A stretch of DNA of 64,000 nucleotides. It comes from Terriglobia bacterium. Its GTDB lineage: Bacteria; Acidobacteriota; Terriglobia; Terriglobales; Acidobacteriaceae. The notes under the pieces are model-generated. The model was given only the letters and a program-made list of their open reading frames with translations, was not told the DNA's origin and searched no databases. A program made the position numbers and the translations under genes. Shown one piece after another: positions 1 through 10,611 of the stretch (positions within the stretch are counted from its first letter, which is position 1; each line of letters opens with the position of its first letter). The stretch lies in contig CAWEJA010000013.1 of assembly GCA_963809295.1 (NCBI GenBank), positions 87,656 to 151,655 on the forward strand, in the 5' to 3' direction.

Positions 1-45
1 GCCACATCCGCATGTTCAACCCGATACTCATGAATTTCTCCGTTT

Positions 46-1239
46 TTATCTCGACGGTCCCGCTGGCGTCCCTTGCCACGCCGAAGAAACCCGCAAAATC
101 CGTTCCACCGCCTCTTTCAAAACAGCAGTCGACGACGCAAAAGAAAATCGCACATAGTCCGCGCCTGCCGGCCCGAACGCCGCCCCGGGAATGGCCGCCA
201 CTCCAGCCTCTTCCAGCATGATGCGACAAATTTCCTCGGCGCTCATTCCAGCTTCTGAAATGTCCACCCAAGCGTAGAATGCACCTTCTGGCGGGGCGCA
301 ACGGAATCCAGGAACCCGGTTCAGGTCGCGTACAAACTGTTCGCGGCGTCTGGCAAATTCCCCCACCATGCGCGGCGTCGCGCCTTCCCGATCGCGCAAC
401 GCTTCAATGGCGCCGTACTGGGTGAATTCTGCCGTGCAGGTGTAGGTGTTTACGGCGAGCAGGTCAAGCGCGGGAATAATGCGCGCAGGCGCGGTCGCGT
501 ACCCCAGTCGCCATCCCGTCATTGCGAAACTCTTGGAGAAACCATCGATGATCAGCGTCCGCTCCTCCATGCCGGGATAACTCATCATCGACACATAAGT
601 TCCGCCATAGATGATGCGAGCGTAGATTTCATCCGAGAGCACCAGCAGGTCATGTTTGACCGCGAGTTCTGCCAATTGTCGCTGTACTTCGTCGGTGTAA
701 ACCGTTCCCGTCGGATTGCCTGGTGAATTCGTGATCAAGATTTTTGTGCGAGCCGTGATTTTGGCTTCGATTTCCTTCGGGTCCGGCTGCAGATGATTCT
801 TGCCGGAGAGCACAAACGGCACCGGAATCCCGCCCAAACCCAGAGTGATCGACGCGTAGCCCGGAAACCCCGGATCGGGATACAACACCTCATCTCCCGG
901 ATCGATCAGCGCCATCATCGCCATAAAGAGCGCGATCTTGCAGCCGGGAGCGATGACGATATTCTGCGGTGAGATATTGAGATTGCGCGTTTCACGCAGA
1001 TAAACCGCCAGCGCCTCGCGCAGCGCGGGCAGGCCGACGACAGGGCAATAGCGATCTTTCCCCTCGTCAAGCGCCCGCTTTAGAGCGTCGTTCACCGTTT
1101 TTGTGGGATGAAAATCCGGCTCGCCCAGCTCCAGATGGATGATGGAGCGGCCCGAGCGCTCCAGTTCCTTGGCGCGGGCAAAAATGGTGAGCGCGCCTTC
1201 GCCGCTCATCACCGACATGCGTGAAGCCAGTGGTCGCAT
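46..1239 (-). CDS. Pyridoxal-phosphate-dependent aminotransferase, class I/II (aspartate/aromatic aminotransferase-like)
   Basis: 397-aa ORF. The translation shows LELGEPDF, NSPGNPTG and the PLP-lysine motif SKSFAMTGWRLGY. The ATG lies 2 nt after the stop of the upstream gene. Confidence 0.9.
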   Translation of the reverse strand: MRPLASRMSVMSGEGALTIFARAKELERSGRSIIHLELGEPDFHPTKTVNDALKRALDEGKDRYCPVVGLPALREALAVYLRETRNLNISPQNIVIAPGCKIALFMAMMALIDPGDEVLYPDPGFPGYASITLGLGGIPVPFVLSGKNHLQPDPKEIEAKITARTKILITNSPGNPTGTVYTDEVQRQLAELAVKHDLLVLSDEIYARIIYGGTYVSMMSYPGMEERTLIIDGFSKSFAMTGWRLGYATAPARIIPALDLLAVNTYTCTAEFTQYGAIEALRDREGATPRMVGEFARRREQFVRDLNRVPGFRCAPPEGAFYAWVDISEAGMSAEEICRIMLEEAGVAAIPGAAFGPAGADYVRFSFASSTAVLKEAVERILRVSSAWQGTPAGPSR

Positions 1240-1241
1240 TT

Positions 1242-1820
1242 TCAGACCTGCCCTGCTGAACTGTTTTTTGCGGCTGGAGTGACCGGAATGCGCAGTGCAT
1301 CGACGAAGCGCGGAAAGAACTCGAAGACTGATGCAGTGGCAACCAGCTCTATGATCTGCTCATCGTTGTACACGGTCTTTAATTTGGCATAGAAATCGTC
1401 GTCAATCTGAGTGGCGGAGTGATGCAACCGGTCGGCACAACGCAGGCCCAGTTTCTCCGCCTCGGTGAACGGCCCACTTTCGAAATCAGACTTGATGGCG
1501 ACGATCTGCTCTTCCTTCGCTCCCTTTTGCCAGGCCGATGCGGAATGCCCTGTCACTGCATAGAGCGAGCCTTGCAGAACTGACATTCTGGTGGCCACCA
1601 GCTCTTTATACCAGCCCGGCAACGCTCCGTCACTGAGCAGCGGCTTGAGAAGAGCGGCGAACCCCAGCGCCAATACCGGAGTGTTGGCGACCGTCTTGAA
1701 CATATTGGGCACAACGCCCCGCTGCTGCAGCAGAGCGTCATATAACGCGCCGAGCTCGGGTGGAACCTGATCCCGCTCGAGCATCGGAACTCGACCTTCG
1801 TTCTTCACCTGATCCGTCAC
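1242..1820 (-). CDS. Carboxymuconolactone decarboxylase (AhpD-like) family protein
   Basis: 192-aa ORF tightly coupled to the downstream aminotransferase. Helical AhpD/CMD-like sequence pattern; the family assignment is by recollection and no CxxC was seen. Confidence 0.7.
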   Translation of the reverse strand: MTDQVKNEGRVPMLERDQVPPELGALYDALLQQRGVVPNMFKTVANTPVLALGFAALLKPLLSDGALPGWYKELVATRMSVLQGSLYAVTGHSASAWQKGAKEEQIVAIKSDFESGPFTEAEKLGLRCADRLHHSATQIDDDFYAKLKTVYNDEQIIELVATASVFEFFPRFVDALRIPVTPAAKNSSAGQV

Positions 1821-4800
1821 TAGAAAGAGAACCTTCCCGAGAGCTGGATCAGCCGCGGCGTGCCTTTCGTGCTGGTAATCGTGCCAAATCCCAGGCCGTT
1901 AAAGATGCTGTTTGGGCTGGCAAAAATCGGATGGTTCCAGATGTTAAAGAAATCCGCGGCGAACTTGAAGTTCTTGCTTTCCGTGATGCGGAAGTTCTTG
2001 CCGATGGAAACGTCCCAGTTCTGCTGGAACGGCCCGCGGAACGGATTGCGGCCCAGGTTTCCAAAACCGGTGGTACCGTCAACTCCGATGGTTGGCGCAC
2101 CGCTGATCGCAGCAGGATCGAAAAATTGATTGATCCGGCTGTGAATATCGCCATGGGTTTGGGCGGAAGTTATTGTGAAACTTGGATTCAGAGTTGCCGT
2201 ACTGGTGTTCGGACTGCTCAGGGCAAAGGCCGAGCCTCCGGCGGCATCGATCACCGTGAAGGGTGTTCCCGATTGAAACGTGGTGATACCGCTGAGCGTC
2301 CATCGCGACAGCAGCGCGCCCACGATACCCCCGCTCTTCGACAGGAACGGCAAACTCCAGTCGTAGTTGATCACCAGGCGGTGAGTGCGATCGAAATCCG
2401 ACGGGCCGTAGGAATCCCGCAGGTTGGTCTGATCGTTGATTGCCGTGTTGAACGCCGTGTTGCCGCTGGAAGTGGCGTCCAGCGCCTTCGACCAGGTGTA
2501 AGCCGCCTGGAAGTGGAGCGACTGAGAAAATCGGTGTCCCGCCGTTATCTGCAAAGAATCGTAGCGCGACCAGGCGTCGCTGGCGAACAATTGGTAATTG
2601 CCCGTTGCCAGACCGAAGCGCCCGGGAGCGGGCGTTGGCATTGGAGTAGGCGTTCTGCGTGATCGTGTACTGGGTGCCGTCCAGCGCGGTTACGGTGACC
2701 GGATGAGTTCTGGCATCGTAAGGCTGGATAGCGTCGCGAGTCTCGCGCAAGTGCGTGCCTTTGGTGCCAACGTAGCCGACTTCCAGTATCCAGTTGCGCG
2801 GCAATTCCCGCTGGATGCTCAGGTTCCACTGCTGCGTACTGGGCGACACGAAGTGGCGTGGCACCTCCAACCCGAAGAGGTTGATGAGGTTGCCGCCAAA
2901 GATTCCGTTCGGATGTGCAGCGTCGCCGAATGGATTGGGGAAACCATTGTCGAATACCGCCTGCGCCGTGGTATCGGTGGTTGGATTGCCATTCCCATCC
3001 ACAAAGCCAAGGAAGTGCGAATACACCGGCACATACGTCGGATCAATCTGGCCGCCGACTGGCAGTCTGCCCACGCCCGAGGCAAAAATATCCGCCATAT
3101 CTCCGGGCGTGCCAATCGGAGTGGTAATCGGAAGTATCGGGGCGCTGAACGAAAGCTGGTCTACCGTGCCAACATCTTCACGCACGTAGAAGATCCCGTA
3201 ACCGCCTCGCACCGAGGTTGTGTGGTGTCCGAACAGATCGTAGGCGAAGCCAACTCGCGGCCCCCAGTTGGAGGCATAGTTATTGTTCATGGTGGTATCG
3301 CTGGCCGTGCCAGTCAAACCGGTTACGCCAAGCTTGTCCACGCACTTCGGGTAAATAAACGCGCTGGTCTGCTGGTTCACGAGCGCAGAAACGGTATTGC
3401 CGATGTGGCACAGGTTGTCCTTGGCGGCGCCAAACAATTCCCAACGCAGGCCCGCATTGATGGTCAGGTTTGGAGTGGCCTTGTAATCGTCCTGGAAGAA
3501 CACCCCGTAGTCATTAATGCGATATTCGTGGTTGGAAACGCCGCTGCCGCCGAAGGAGAATCCGGGCTGCCCCAGAAGGAAATTCTGGAAGTCGGTGCAG
3601 CCGTGGACGCAAGGGCTGGTGGGATCGAGCGGGTTGGCTCCAAAGGGAAAGAAGAAAAGCTCACCGTTAAACGTCTGCGGAAAGTTCTTGTCCAGGGCAA
3701 CGCGGTCATACTGCCCGCCAAACCGGAGCAGGTGTTTGCCGGTCGTGTAGCTGGCCGTGTCCAGGAACGTGAGGTTGTTCTGCAACTGGCTCTGATCGGC
3801 TCCGGGCGTGGGACCCAGATTAAAGGTGGAGAAGGTAAATTTATAAATCGTCTTGTAGAGGTTGCTGTTGGGCCGGTTGATGCCCAGATCATCGACAGTC
3901 ACAATCGGCTCGTTAATCGCGTTGTTGTCGATGCGGACGTAGCCCACCCGCGCTTCATTCACCAGGCGCGGACTGAAGATGTGTGTCTCTGCGACGCTCA
4001 GAAAACGGTCATGCACGGGCAGATCAAGGGGAAAATTCATGTCCCCGACGTTCAGAGTTCCGCCCAAGGTGGCGGTCAGACCACCCGCGCCGAAGGGCAA
4101 CTCAGATTCGAAGTTCGAGAAGAAGAATCGTCCAGAGATATGGTCCTGCCCACCGCGGAAGTCCCGATCATAGTTAGCCGTGAATTGGTCGTCCGTGTAC
4201 TTGCCGGCTTTGCTGAAGGTGAACTGGCCGCTGTTGAGCCCAAGAATGTCCCCGGTGACGGGATCTGTTATCACGCCGGGGGTTCGGGAAGACCGGGGAA
4301 CAGGAGACCGCCGGCGTCCCCGAACTGGCCGCTGGGGAAGGCCAGCATTTTCTGAGCCACGGGATCGATCGATGCAGCCGTCACGTTGGGATTGCCGGGA
4401 AAGAAGGTCGCAGCCAGGGTTGCGGCATCGCGCTGTCCAGGAAGAATCGGGAGCGTGGTGCTGACGATGGCGCCTGGCGAAAGCCCGCTGCGCTGACGAG
4501 TCCCCTGGTAGTTCACGAAAAAGAAGCCGGCCTTCCCATCCTTGCCAATAGGCCCGCCCAAGCTGCCACCGAAAATGTTCTGCTTGATGTCGGGGCGGGT
4601 ATTGGACCCTCCGTTCTGCAGCTGGTTCCTCTTCAGAAACCATTCGTTGGCATTCAAATCGGTGTTGCGGAAAAACTCGAACAGGCTGCCGTGAAAGGTC
4701 TTTGTGCCGGTTTTCAGGATGGCGTTAATGTTGCCGCCCCCGTTGCGTCCCTGGCTGGCGTCGTAAAGGCTGGTTTGAACTTTGAACTCCTGCACCACGT

Positions 4801-5470
4801 CAGGACTCGGCAGCGGGGTGTTGGTCAGTTCGGCCACGTTATAATCCGTCGCGCTGATACCTTCGATCAAATAATTGTTATTGTCCTCGCGCTGCCCATT
4901 CACCTGAATGCGGACGTCACCGCGCCCCAGTGAGGCGGAAGCGTTCAAGTCCGAATTTGTTCCGGCGGACAGCGTCAGCAACTGTTGAAAATTCTGCGTG
5001 GCCAACGGCAGGTCACGGATGGTACGCGCGTCAATAGCCTGACCCGTGGTCGCAGTCGATGTATCCACCGTCTGCACCAGCGCCTGCACATCAACTTTTT
5101 CCTGTACGGCCAGGGTGCGCAACTTGGCCTCCATGCGCGTGGTCTCAGTGACGCGCACGGCTACATTGACGAATTTGCCCTCCTGAAAGCCGCGGCTGGC
5201 CACACTTACCGTGTAGTTGCCGACGGGGAGCAAGGTCGCAGTGAACGAACCGCTGCCATCGGTGGTGGTCGTGCGGGTCAAGGTTCCGGTGTCCTGATTG
5301 ACAATATGAACTTCCGCCCCTGCAACTACGGCGCCGCTGGGATCGAGCACCGTCCCGCTGATGGCGCCTGTTGCACCGCCCTGCGCCAGGGCCTGCGACG
5401 CCCAGATGAGTCCCACCAAGCTGATCCAAAATAATTTCGCCAATAGCAACCTGCCCAATGATCTCGGCAT
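1820..5470 (-). pseudogene. TonB-dependent receptor with N-terminal carboxypeptidase-regulatory-like domain, interrupted by two frameshifts (or two sequencing indels)
   Basis: Three consecutive minus-strand ORFs in different frames (4271..5605, 2079..4643, 1820..2641) read as one protein of about 1215 aa. It has a signal peptide MPRSLGRLLLAKLFWISLVGLIWASQALAQ, a CarboxypepD_reg-like GTVLDPSGAVVAGAEVHIVNQDTGTLTRTTTTDGSGSFTATLLPVGNYTV, barrel-like repeats and a C-terminal LIQLSGRFSF (terminal Phe). Frame switches sit at the G5 run 4278-4282 and at CCCGGG/GGG 2621-2632. ATG 5470 is preceded by GGAGGAG. Confidence 0.85.
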
Positions 5471-5752
5471 ACACTCCTCCCTGATGTCTGTGCTGATAGT
5501 TGAATGCCACGAAGGCGGTCGGTCAGAAAGTGAAAGGACAAGCGGCGCAGCCGCCGTGGCTGGTCCAGAGCCGACGCTTGCAGCCAGCGTCGGCGAACCC
5601 AACACAAGATCGCGCGTGTACTATCTTGACGAGATACACGGTTCCCCCTGCAAAAAGCTAGTCCCGAATCGTTAAGATGTCCGACAGGTTACTAGAAATT
5701 AATAGAGCTTGGCAATAACCAAACTCAACCACTCAAGTCGGTGAAACATTTG

Positions 5753-6541
5753 TTACAGACCTTTATAAATACCGCCATCCACCAGCACGGTTTGTCCGGT
5801 AACGTACGAAGCGCGCTCCGAAGCCAGCCACACGATGGTGTCGGCAACTTCCCTCGGCTCTCCGAGCCGTCGTAGTGGCGCGTCCGCCGCCCATCCGTCG
5901 AAGATATCTTTCTCCGCTTTACCCAAAGCGGCAGACCGGCTCTTCGCCAATTCCTTGAGCCGGTCGGTTGCGGTATAACCCGGACCGACGTTGTTCACCA
6001 GAATTCCGTCTTTGCCGAATTCATTGGCCAGACTCTTCACCAGCCCGACCACAGCGGCCCGCACCGCGTTCGAGAGCACCAGATCGGCTACCGGCTGTTT
6101 GGTCGTGATCGACGTGATCGTGATAATCCGGCCCCAGCGCTTGCGCTGCATATGCGGGATGACTTCACGAGCAAAGTAGACGGTGCTCATGAAGTTCGCA
6201 TCCACCGCCCTGCGCCAGTCGTCCACACTCGCCGCCAGGAAGCCCTTGGCGGGAGGACCGCCGGCGTTGGTCACGCAAATGTCGGCAGAGCCGAACTTCG
6301 CCACCACGGCCTCGACGAATCCGTGTACCGCGTGAGCGTCGGTCACATCCAGCGCCTGGTGAAACACTTCACCACTGTACTGTTTCGTGATTTTCTCGGC
6401 CGCCGCGGTCAACGCCTGCTGATTGCGGGCGCACATCGCGACCTTGCATCCTTCGGCGGCAAACGCTTCAGCGGTCGCCCGCCCAATGCCCTGGCTGGAT
6501 GCGGCCACAATCGCAACTTTACCCTTCAGACCCATATCCAT
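5753..6541 (-). CDS. SDR family oxidoreductase (atypical, BKR-like)
   Basis: 262-aa ORF with Rossmann motif VAASSQGIG, NAGG and C-terminal VLVDGG. The canonical YxxxK position reads NAVRAAVVGLVK. Confidence 0.88.
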   Translation of the reverse strand: MDMGLKGKVAIVAASSQGIGRATAEAFAAEGCKVAMCARNQQALTAAAEKITKQYSGEVFHQALDVTDAHAVHGFVEAVVAKFGSADICVTNAGGPPAKGFLAASVDDWRRAVDANFMSTVYFAREVIPHMQRKRWGRIITITSITTKQPVADLVLSNAVRAAVVGLVKSLANEFGKDGILVNNVGPGYTATDRLKELAKSRSAALGKAEKDIFDGWAADAPLRRLGEPREVADTIVWLASERASYVTGQTVLVDGGIYKGL

Positions 6542-6675
6542 AGGAATCGAATTATAGATGGATCAAATCGCACGCGCGGATAATCGTGTGCCCCCACTTG
6601 CCCACTTTCCCTCCGGGCGATAGTCTTGAGTGTCGTTCTATCTTGAGGCGACTTTGTTGTGCTCGAATCGAATGC

Positions 6676-6755
6676 TGTAGAGACGTAGCTTGCTACGTCT
6701 TGCTGCAACGTCTCGTGCCCCGTGAGAGAAAGACGCAGCAAGCTGCGTCTCTACA
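6676..6755. repeat. REP-like compound inverted repeat (two hairpins)
   Basis: TGTAGAGACGTAGC-TTG-CTACGTCT at 6676-6700 and AGACGCAGC-AA-GCTGCGTCTCTACA at 6731-6755. The outer arms TGTAGAGACG / CGTCTCTACA are reverse complements. Intergenic. Confidence 0.6.
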
Positions 6756-6836
6756 AAGCGACAGGGATAGGCCAAAAAGGCACGTCGACACACGAGTCAG
6801 TTCGAAACTTTTGTTTCATTCTTAACTGAGGCCACC

Positions 6837-7781
6837 ATGGCAAACCCCGCAAAGTACGTCTGGCTGGATCAAGGCTTGAAAGACGCCACGCAAAGTGGAG
6901 TTCCGATCGTCAACGCCGGCTTGCATTACGGTTTCAGCGTGTTCGAGGGAATTCGCTGCTATGCCACAGACCGCGGCCCCGCTGTCTTTCGCCTGGAAGA
7001 GCATGTTGACCGCCTGCTCGATTCAGCCCTTATCGTCGGCTTCCGCAATCTTCCCTGGACGCGCGACTCCCTGGTCGACGCGATTCATAAAACCATCTCT
7101 GCCAACAAATTCTCGGCATGCTATATCCGCCCGGTGATTTATCTGGATGGCGCCATGGACCTGGTCGTGGATAGCGGCAAGCCTCGGCTAATCATCGCGG
7201 TTTGGGAGTGGACCGCCTTTCTAGGCGCCGAGGCGAAGGAGCGCGGCATCCGCGCCAACATTGCGTCCTTCACCCGCCTGCACCCGAACATCATGATGAC
7301 CAAAGCCAAGGTCTCGGGAAATTACGTCAGCTCGATTCTGGCGAAGACAGAATCGCAGCGTGCAGGTTTCGATGAAGCCATCATGCTCGACCCGCAAGGC
7401 TATGTCGCCGAGTGCACGGGCGAGAATATTTTTCTGGTTCGGAACAACGTGATCTACACTCCGGCTCGCGGAGCCATCCTCGAGGGCATCACCCGCGACA
7501 GCCTGCTGACACTGGCACGCGATCTGGGTCACACCGTGGTAGAAGAGCCGATTTCCCGCGACCAGCTTTACATTGCCGATGAAGTTTTCGTTTGCGGCAC
7601 GGCCGCTGAAGTCGTGGGCCTGCGCGAGATCGATTTCCGCAAAATCGGTAATGGAAAGACGGGTCCTGTCACTCGCTCCTTGCAAACTGAATTTGACAGG
7701 CTCACCAGCGGACGCCATCCTCGCTCCGCCGGGTGGCTATCTCCTGTGCCGGCATTCGATGCCGCTTTGGCCGGAGTGTAA
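6837..7781 (+). CDS. ilvE: Branched-chain amino acid aminotransferase
   Basis: 314-aa ORF with class IV aminotransferase motifs FEGIRCY, TKAKVSGNYVSSILAKTE (PLP-Lys), ECTGENIF and GITRDS. Confidence 0.92.
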   Translation: MANPAKYVWLDQGLKDATQSGVPIVNAGLHYGFSVFEGIRCYATDRGPAVFRLEEHVDRLLDSALIVGFRNLPWTRDSLVDAIHKTISANKFSACYIRPVIYLDGAMDLVVDSGKPRLIIAVWEWTAFLGAEAKERGIRANIASFTRLHPNIMMTKAKVSGNYVSSILAKTESQRAGFDEAIMLDPQGYVAECTGENIFLVRNNVIYTPARGAILEGITRDSLLTLARDLGHTVVEEPISRDQLYIADEVFVCGTAAEVVGLREIDFRKIGNGKTGPVTRSLQTEFDRLTSGRHPRSAGWLSPVPAFDAALAGV

Positions 7782-7801
7782 CAACGCTGAAGGAGCACTT
7801 T

Positions 7802-9004
7802 ATGGAAAAGCACAAACATCACCCGGAAACGGAAGCGGTTCGCGGCGGTACTGACCTTCACAAGAAGAACGGACCGCTCACCACTCCGATCTACCAGACT
7901 TCCACATTCGAGGTTACAGATAACGAGCAGCAGGTACGTGCCACCTCAACTGACATGTTCTACACGCGCTACGGCAACCCAACGCACACCGTTGCCGAAA
8001 AAGCCATTGCGGAACTCGAGGGCGCCGATGCCGCCCTGCTCTTTGCTTCCGGTATGGGCGCCATTACCACATCGTTACTGGCCCTGCTGAAAGGCGGTGA
8101 CCATGTCGTTGCCCAGCGCGACATTTACGGTGGAGCGACGAAATTCCTAAGCCAGTGGCTGCCCAAGCTCGGCGTAGAAACCACGTTTGTGGACACCACC
8201 GAATACGATCAGCACGCACGCGCCATCAAGCCGAACACGAAGCTGCTCTATCTGGAATCGCCAACCAACCCCACCCTGCGCGTGGTCGATCTGAAGAAGG
8301 TCGTTGCTCTGGCCCGGCAGCACAATCTCATCACTCTTATCGACAGCACTTTCGCGACGCCCATCAACCAGCGCCCGGTGGATTTTGGCATCGACCTGGT
8401 CATGCATTCCGGCACCAAGTATTTCGCTGGACATGGCGACCTGATCTGCGGCATGGTCGCCGGCCGTCAGGATTTGATCGAGACCATCCATTCAACCCGC
8501 ACCACGCTCGGCGGGACGATGGATCCCCACGCGGCGTGGCTGCTTCTGCGCGGAATCAAGACACTGGCGGTGCGCGTCGAGCGTCAAAACGACAACGCGC
8601 TCCGTGTCGCCCAGTTCCTGGCCCAGCATCCCAAAGTGAAGAGAGTGCACTATCCCTTCGCCGAAGGACATCCCCAGCGCGCCCTCGCGATGGAACAGAT
8701 GCACGGTGGCGGTGGTGTCCTAAGCTTTGAAGTGGACGGCACCGGAAACGACGCCAAACGCTTTTCAGAGGCGCTGCACCTCTTTACCCTTGCGCCAAGC
8801 CTGGGCGGAGTGGAATCCCTGGTCACGATTCCAGTGCTGACATCCCACGGCATGATCTCCGCCGAGCATCGCGCCAAGATGGGCGTGACTGATCAGTTGG
8901 TCCGTCTGTCGGTGGGAATTGAAAATGCCGGCGACCTCATCGCCGACCTGGATCAAGCTCTGACGGTGGTGACTGCTACCCGCGAGCATGCTCAGGTAGG
9001 ATAG
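7802..9004 (+). CDS. Cys/Met-metabolism PLP-dependent enzyme (cystathionine gamma-synthase / gamma-lyase / methionine gamma-lyase family)
   Basis: 400 aa from ATG 7802 (AAGGAG upstream), N-terminus [28 protein letters not shown]-lysine motif [12 protein letters not shown]. Lies 20 nt downstream of ilvE. Confidence 0.9.
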   Translation: MEKHKHHPETEAVRGGTDLHKKNGPLTTPIYQTSTFEVTDNEQQVRATSTDMFYTRYGNPTHTVAEKAIAELEGADAALLFASGMGAITTSLLALLKGGDHVVAQRDIYGGATKFLSQWLPKLGVETTFVDTTEYDQHARAIKPNTKLLYLESPTNPTLRVVDLKKVVALARQHNLITLIDSTFATPINQRPVDFGIDLVMHSGTKYFAGHGDLICGMVAGRQDLIETIHSTRTTLGGTMDPHAAWLLLRGIKTLAVRVERQNDNALRVAQFLAQHPKVKRVHYPFAEGHPQRALAMEQMHGGGGVLSFEVDGTGNDAKRFSEALHLFTLAPSLGGVESLVTIPVLTSHGMISAEHRAKMGVTDQLVRLSVGIENAGDLIADLDQALTVVTATREHAQVG

Positions 9005-9011
9005 GCCGAAA

Positions 9012-9074
9012 GTTGTCATCCTGAGCGGAGTGGCTGCTTCGCTACGCGAAGCAGCCGCGCAGTCGAAGGACCCC
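9012..9074. repeat. REP-like element with perfect 11-bp hairpin
   Basis: GTTGTCATCCTGAGCGGAG..GGCTGCTTCGC-TAC-GCGAAGCAGCC..GCAGTCGAAGGACCCC; the stem is 9042-9052 / 9056-9066. Directly after the stop of the PLP enzyme gene, with no T-run. Confidence 0.55.
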
Positions 9075-9383
9075 TACCCAATAACAAAGATCCTGGTCGC
9101 CTTCAAGGGACCAGGATGATTGAAATGCAAAATAGTCTCCGATCTACTCGTTCCAAGTTAGAAGATAAATTTTGCTCCCAACTGCAGGATGCGTGTGTTG
9201 TGGCCGATGGGTTTGTGCCGGAATTCAGGTTCGCACTGGAGAAAGGTTTCATTAAATCGTATCAATAGGCTGAATACTCGGGTAGGTCGATAGCAAGTGT
9301 CAAGAAGAAAAATCTGGAAAACAGTGCCGCTCGCTTTTTTCGTTGAGGTAGTAGGGTGAGGGATTCTCCGCCCCGCGATGAGC

Positions 9384-10445
9384 CTATAACAGCTGGCGTG
9401 TAGACTCGCGAACGGCCAACTCCGGCGCCATTTTGCGGTGCACCGCCGACACTTCCCGTTTCTCTAGAACTGCGTTAATGCCCTCCACCACTAGGTTCGC
9501 CGCCATCGCTCCCATCGCTTCCATGGGCTGGCGCACCGTGGTCAATGGCGGGGTGTATAAACTGCAAGCCGCGACATCATCGAAACCGATCACGGAACAG
9601 TTCTCCGGCACGCGCAAGCCAGCCTTAGCCAATGCGCGTATCGCGCCAAACGCCGTCACATCGTCAAAGGCCATTAATGCGGTGAAAGGCCGCTTACTCT
9701 TAATCAGTTCTTCCGTTAATTTGTAGCCGGCTTCAAAACTTGAAATCGGATCTCGCGATTCCGGCAGATCCAGGATCAGGCGAGGGTCCAGTTCCAGGCC
9801 GCTGCTTTTCGCAAACGACCGGACGCCTCGCCAGCGCGGCGCACTGTCCGCCAGCGTCTTGGGCCCCCGGATGAAGGCAATCTTGCGATGTCCCAGCGAA
9901 TGCAGGTGCTCAATCGCAGAGTACGCGCCGATCTCGTTATCCACGATCACCGAACTGACTGAATCCGTTTGCAGTTCACGCCCGATCATCACGGTCGGAA
10001 TGCTGCTTTTCTCGAGATCCGCCAGAACATCGATATCGACAAACAACCAGTTGGCCAGCACGATCAGGGCCTCCACGCGCCGGTCCAGCAGCATCTCCAG
10101 ATAGCGTTCAAACCGGCCGCGCTCGTTGTGCACGTCGGTCAGGATGGGCAGGTATGAAGATTGGTAAAGAGTATTTTCTATGCCCCGCAGAATCAGCGTG
10201 CAGTACGGGTCGGTCATGTCGAACACCATCACACCGACCGTATGGCTACGCTTGCTGCGCAAAGAGCGGGCAAAAATATTGGGACGGTAACCGAGTTTCT
10301 TGGCCGCCTTCTCGATTCGCTTCTTGGTGGCGGCCGGAATGTAACGCGCCAGGGGAGCGTTGTTGAGGACAATCGAGACCGTAGTCGAGGAGAAACCGCT
10401 TTCCTTCGCCACGTCCCGGATCGTGATCACTGAAGTTTTCACCAT
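9384..10445 (-). CDS. LacI family transcriptional regulator
   Basis: 353-aa ORF with N-terminal HTH ITIRDVAKESGFSSTTVSIVLNN..RKRIEKAAKKLGYRPN followed by a periplasmic-binding-protein-like sugar-binding fold. Confidence 0.92.
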   Translation of the reverse strand: MVKTSVITIRDVAKESGFSSTTVSIVLNNAPLARYIPAATKKRIEKAAKKLGYRPNIFARSLRSKRSHTVGVMVFDMTDPYCTLILRGIENTLYQSSYLPILTDVHNERGRFERYLEMLLDRRVEALIVLANWLFVDIDVLADLEKSSIPTVMIGRELQTDSVSSVIVDNEIGAYSAIEHLHSLGHRKIAFIRGPKTLADSAPRWRGVRSFAKSSGLELDPRLILDLPESRDPISSFEAGYKLTEELIKSKRPFTALMAFDDVTAFGAIRALAKAGLRVPENCSVIGFDDVAACSLYTPPLTTVRQPMEAMGAMAANLVVEGINAVLEKREVSAVHRKMAPELAVRESTRQLL

Positions 10446-10506
10446 GTAAAGTGCGAAACAGTTCGTAAGTAAGTCTTCACGACCTTGGCGCGCCTTGGCG
10501 ATCTCC

Positions 10507-10528
10507 GCGATTAAAAGCTTTTAATCGC
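10507..10528. promoter_or_regulatory. Perfect 22-bp palindrome, candidate operator in the divergent LacI / TPR intergenic region
   Basis: GCGATTAAAAGCTTTTAATCGC equals its own reverse complement. It lies 62 nt upstream of the LacI start and about 85 nt upstream of the TPR gene. Confidence 0.45.
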
Positions 10529-10611
10529 AAGAGAGGCCAAAGTAAGCGCAAATTGCACAAAGAACTCCCTGGCTTGAATTCCAGGCAGCCGTTGGCGGAC
10601 ACTACAGCAGA

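Noticed and set aside
2598-4355. Long plus-strand ORF (585 aa) opposite the TonB-dependent receptor. Similar long antisense ORFs occur at 14425-15309, 17051-18301, 19234-19653, 20302-21105, 30023-30610, 40127-41056, 46428-47405, 56899-57930 (its first two thirds) and 60097-61008.
   Set aside because: These are shadow ORFs typical of GC-rich DNA. Their translations are Arg/Ala/Gly-rich and low-complexity with no motifs, and each lies antisense to a gene with clear family signatures.
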